Below, piece after piece: positions 62,231-64,000 of a DNA stretch of 64,000 nucleotides. Below the pieces are notes generated by a model, which was not told the origin of the DNA, did no database searches, and saw only the letters and a list, made by a program, of their open reading frames with translations. The DNA is from Candidatus Woesebacteria bacterium. GTDB taxonomy: Bacteria > Patescibacteriota > Microgenomatia > UBA10105 > UBA927. The number at the start of each line of letters is the position of its first letter. Within the stretch, counting starts at the first letter, position 1. The position numbers and the translations under genes are program-made. The DNA lies in NCBI GenBank assembly GCA_018062625.1, contig JAGORV010000005.1, forward strand, positions 86 through 64,085, written 5' to 3'.

Positions 62231-62677
62231 TTAGGGCGTCACAACGGGAGTTTCGGGGGTTTGTGAACCATCTTGTGGGGTACTAATTCCCGCATTATTT
62301 GTGGTTCCCGAAGGAGTTGCGGTATCACTGACATTTATAGTGCCTACGTTGATAATTTTATTCGCTTTATCGTCATAGAGAATGGCCAATCGCCCATTGG
62401 TATACAAAATCACACGATACCCGTTCTTCGCTTTGGCAAAAAATGGCTGTGAGATAATTTGGTCTGCGTTGGTCACGGTGGCAACAGTGGGTTCTTCTGC
62501 GGGTAAATCTATAAGCTTACCAAGCTTCACAAGTAATTCTTTGGCTTCTATCTTAGGGTCACTGGCACGTTTAACTGATTGCGTATATTGATTGTAATAA
62601 TACAAACCAACCCCTGCGCCCCCTAGTGCAATGATGATTAGAACAACAAACGATAAAATAACTAATTTCTTTTCCAT
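62231..62677 (-). CDS. membrane-anchored hypothetical protein
   Basis: 148 aa with an N-terminal TM helix. Confidence 0.45.
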   Translation of the reverse strand: MEKKLVILSFVVLIIIALGGAGVGLYYYNQYTQSVKRASDPKIEAKELLVKLGKLIDLPAEEPTVATVTNADQIISQPFFAKAKNGYRVILYTNGRLAILYDDKANKIINVGTINVSDTATPSGTTNNAGISTPQDGSQTPETPVVTP

Positions 62678-62735
62678 GATTAATCGTATAGTACGCTACC
62701 AGACACTCACGATCAAGCGCACATGCCTGACTCTC

Positions 62736-62933
62736 TTAAAATGCTGTGTATAAAAATGGAATAATCGGAGACGACTGTGCAAATATCAAAAGTAAGGCGA
62801 CGATGATAAGGACAAGCACAAACGGAATCATCCACCATAATCGCTCACGCCAAAAAAAATGAAGAAGTTCTTTAACGGTATTTGCTCGATGCTTCACGTG
62901 TGTTAACATAAAAACTCCCTTTCTGTACTTCAT
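62736..62933 (-). CDS. DUF5989-like small membrane protein (carbamoyltransferase companion)
   Basis: TVKELLHFFWRERLWWMIPFVLVLIIVALLLIFAQSSPIIPFLYTAF. An alternative start at 62909 is possible. Confidence 0.65.
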   Translation of the reverse strand: MKYRKGVFMLTHVKHRANTVKELLHFFWRERLWWMIPFVLVLIIVALLLIFAQSSPIIPFLYTAF

Positions 62934-62938
62934 TTAGT

Positions 62939-64000
62939 CTACTTCGCGATAATACAATTTTCAAGCACAAGGATGTCTATGCCACTTCGCATAAACGTGT
63001 CGTATGCGTTTTTCGGCGTATTTACAATCGGCTCGCCTTTGAGGTTAAAGGATGTATTGAGCAATATCGGTCTCCCTGTTTTTTTATAAAACAATTCCAG
63101 CAACTTCCGATACCGTCCTTGGTAATCTTTTGACACGATTTGTATACGGCTCGATCCATCAACGTGCACGGTAGCCGCTGCAATACGCTTAGCCAGGGAT
63201 GACGCATGAAACGTCGCCAACATAAAAGTGCTCATGAGACTATCTGCGTCAGGAAAGTACCTGTGAATCTTCTCAGCAAGTATAACGGGCGCAAAGGGTC
63301 GAAATTCTTCTCGAAATTTGATTTTGCTATTTACTATATCCTTCATCTTTGACTTCTTGGGATCTGCAAGAATTGACCGATGCCCTAGCGCTCGTGGACC
63401 AAATTCTTCCCTACCCTCAAACCACCCTATGACCTTTCCTTTTATAAGTGCATCGGATATTTGTGTATACAGCACCGCATCCGTTACGCGTCGGTAAGAA
63501 ATAGCATTGGCCTTCAAAAATTTCTCTATATCACTATTTGTGTGCTCGTCACCCAAAAACATATGCTTAAGGGCATATCGTTTCTTATGTCCTAGCACAT
63601 GATGGTACACATATAAGGCCGCCCCTACCGCTCCACCATCATCACCAGCAGCGGGGAAAATAAATACACGCTTAAATGGTGTTTTGGCCAATATAGCTGC
63701 GTTTATCACGCTGTTGAGCGCGACGCCTCCCCCATAGACGAGATCTGTGCACTTCGTGTGTTTGTAAAGCGCGCGCGCCATATTCAGCACAACATCCTCA
63801 ACCACTTCCTGCAAACTCGCTGCCAAATCGAACTTATCGCATCCTTCAAACAGATCCATGAATTTCTGTGTGTACATGCGCTTATTACTGTACTGAAATG
63901 CAAAATACGTAAGATCCAATATAAAAGAACCATCTTCTACCTGCACAAAGAGTTTACGAATTTTTTTGACGTATCGAGGTTTTCCATACGCAGCCATGCC
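62939..64000 (-). CDS. carbamoyltransferase (NodU/CmcH family), C-terminal part (N-terminus off the right edge)
   Basis: GMAAYGKP, FPAAGDDGGAVGAAL and NTSFNLKGEPIV motifs. The frame stays open to position 64000. Confidence 0.85.
   Translation of the reverse strand, partial: GMAAYGKPRYVKKIRKLFVQVEDGSFILDLTYFAFQYSNKRMYTQKFMDLFEGCDKFDLAASLQEVVEDVVLNMARALYKHTKCTDLVYGGGVALNSVINAAILAKTPFKRVFIFPAAGDDGGAVGAALYVYHHVLGHKKRYALKHMFLGDEHTNSDIEKFLKANAISYRRVTDAVLYTQISDALIKGKVIGWFEGREEFGPRALGHRSILADPKKSKMKDIVNSKIKFREEFRPFAPVILAEKIHRYFPDADSLMSTFMLATFHASSLAKRIAAATVHVDGSSRIQIVSKDYQGRYRKLLELFYKKTGRPILLNTSFNLKGEPIVNTPKNAYDTFMRSGIDILVLENCIIAK

Noticed and set aside
1-64000. Search for CRISPR arrays, transposases, integrases, reverse transcriptases (DGR/retron), rRNA, tmRNA and RNase P RNA.
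   Set aside because: No regularly spaced direct repeats, no recombinase or RT motifs in any listed ORF, and none of the conserved RNA signature strings (RNase P GAGGAAAGUCC, tmRNA tag/acceptor end) were found by eye. Absence is based on visual scanning only.

Overview
This 64-kb window reads like a small, streamlined bacterial genome, probably Patescibacteria/CPR. That assignment is an inference from gene content: many short membrane-anchored ORFans, an O-antigen-ligase/TPR protein, four-helix-bundle (23S IVS-type) proteins, a dockerin protein and archaeal-type CoA enzymes.

Recognisable core genes:
- Cell wall and envelope: dprA, a glycosyltransferase/FkbM cluster, mreB-(PAP2-like)-mrdA, L,D-transpeptidase, galU, galT.
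- Translation and housekeeping: def-fmt, rpmB, rpmG, four tRNAs (Thr-UGU, Tyr-GUA, Thr-GGU, Trp-CCA), and an interrupted secE-nusG-rplK-rplA-rplJ-rplL cluster with an L10 leader.
- Metabolism: kbl-tdh, deoC, rpe, and a PPAT/DUF359 fusion.

I found no rRNA, CRISPR array, transposase, integrase or reverse transcriptase.

Most interesting observations:
1. A translationally coupled MAPR-b5 / NOX-type flavocytochrome / cytochrome-b5 trio next to a two-component system (27.7-32.9 kb).
2. A 6.5-kb block of Shine-Dalgarno-driven membrane ORFans that share an RGxG motif and a (V/I)xWE tail (8.9-15.4 kb).
3. tRNA-fragment duplications carrying GC-rich inserts at tRNA-Tyr and tRNA-Trp. The tRNA-Trp copy coincides with a 10.7-kb break in the rpmG-tRNA-Trp-secE synteny.
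4. A recurrent -10 box placed 6-9 nt before ATG, which implies widespread leaderless mRNAs.
5. An inverted-repeat-bracketed four-helix-bundle gene, and several structured non-coding candidates.

All homology calls come from motif recognition by eye. No database search or computation was run.
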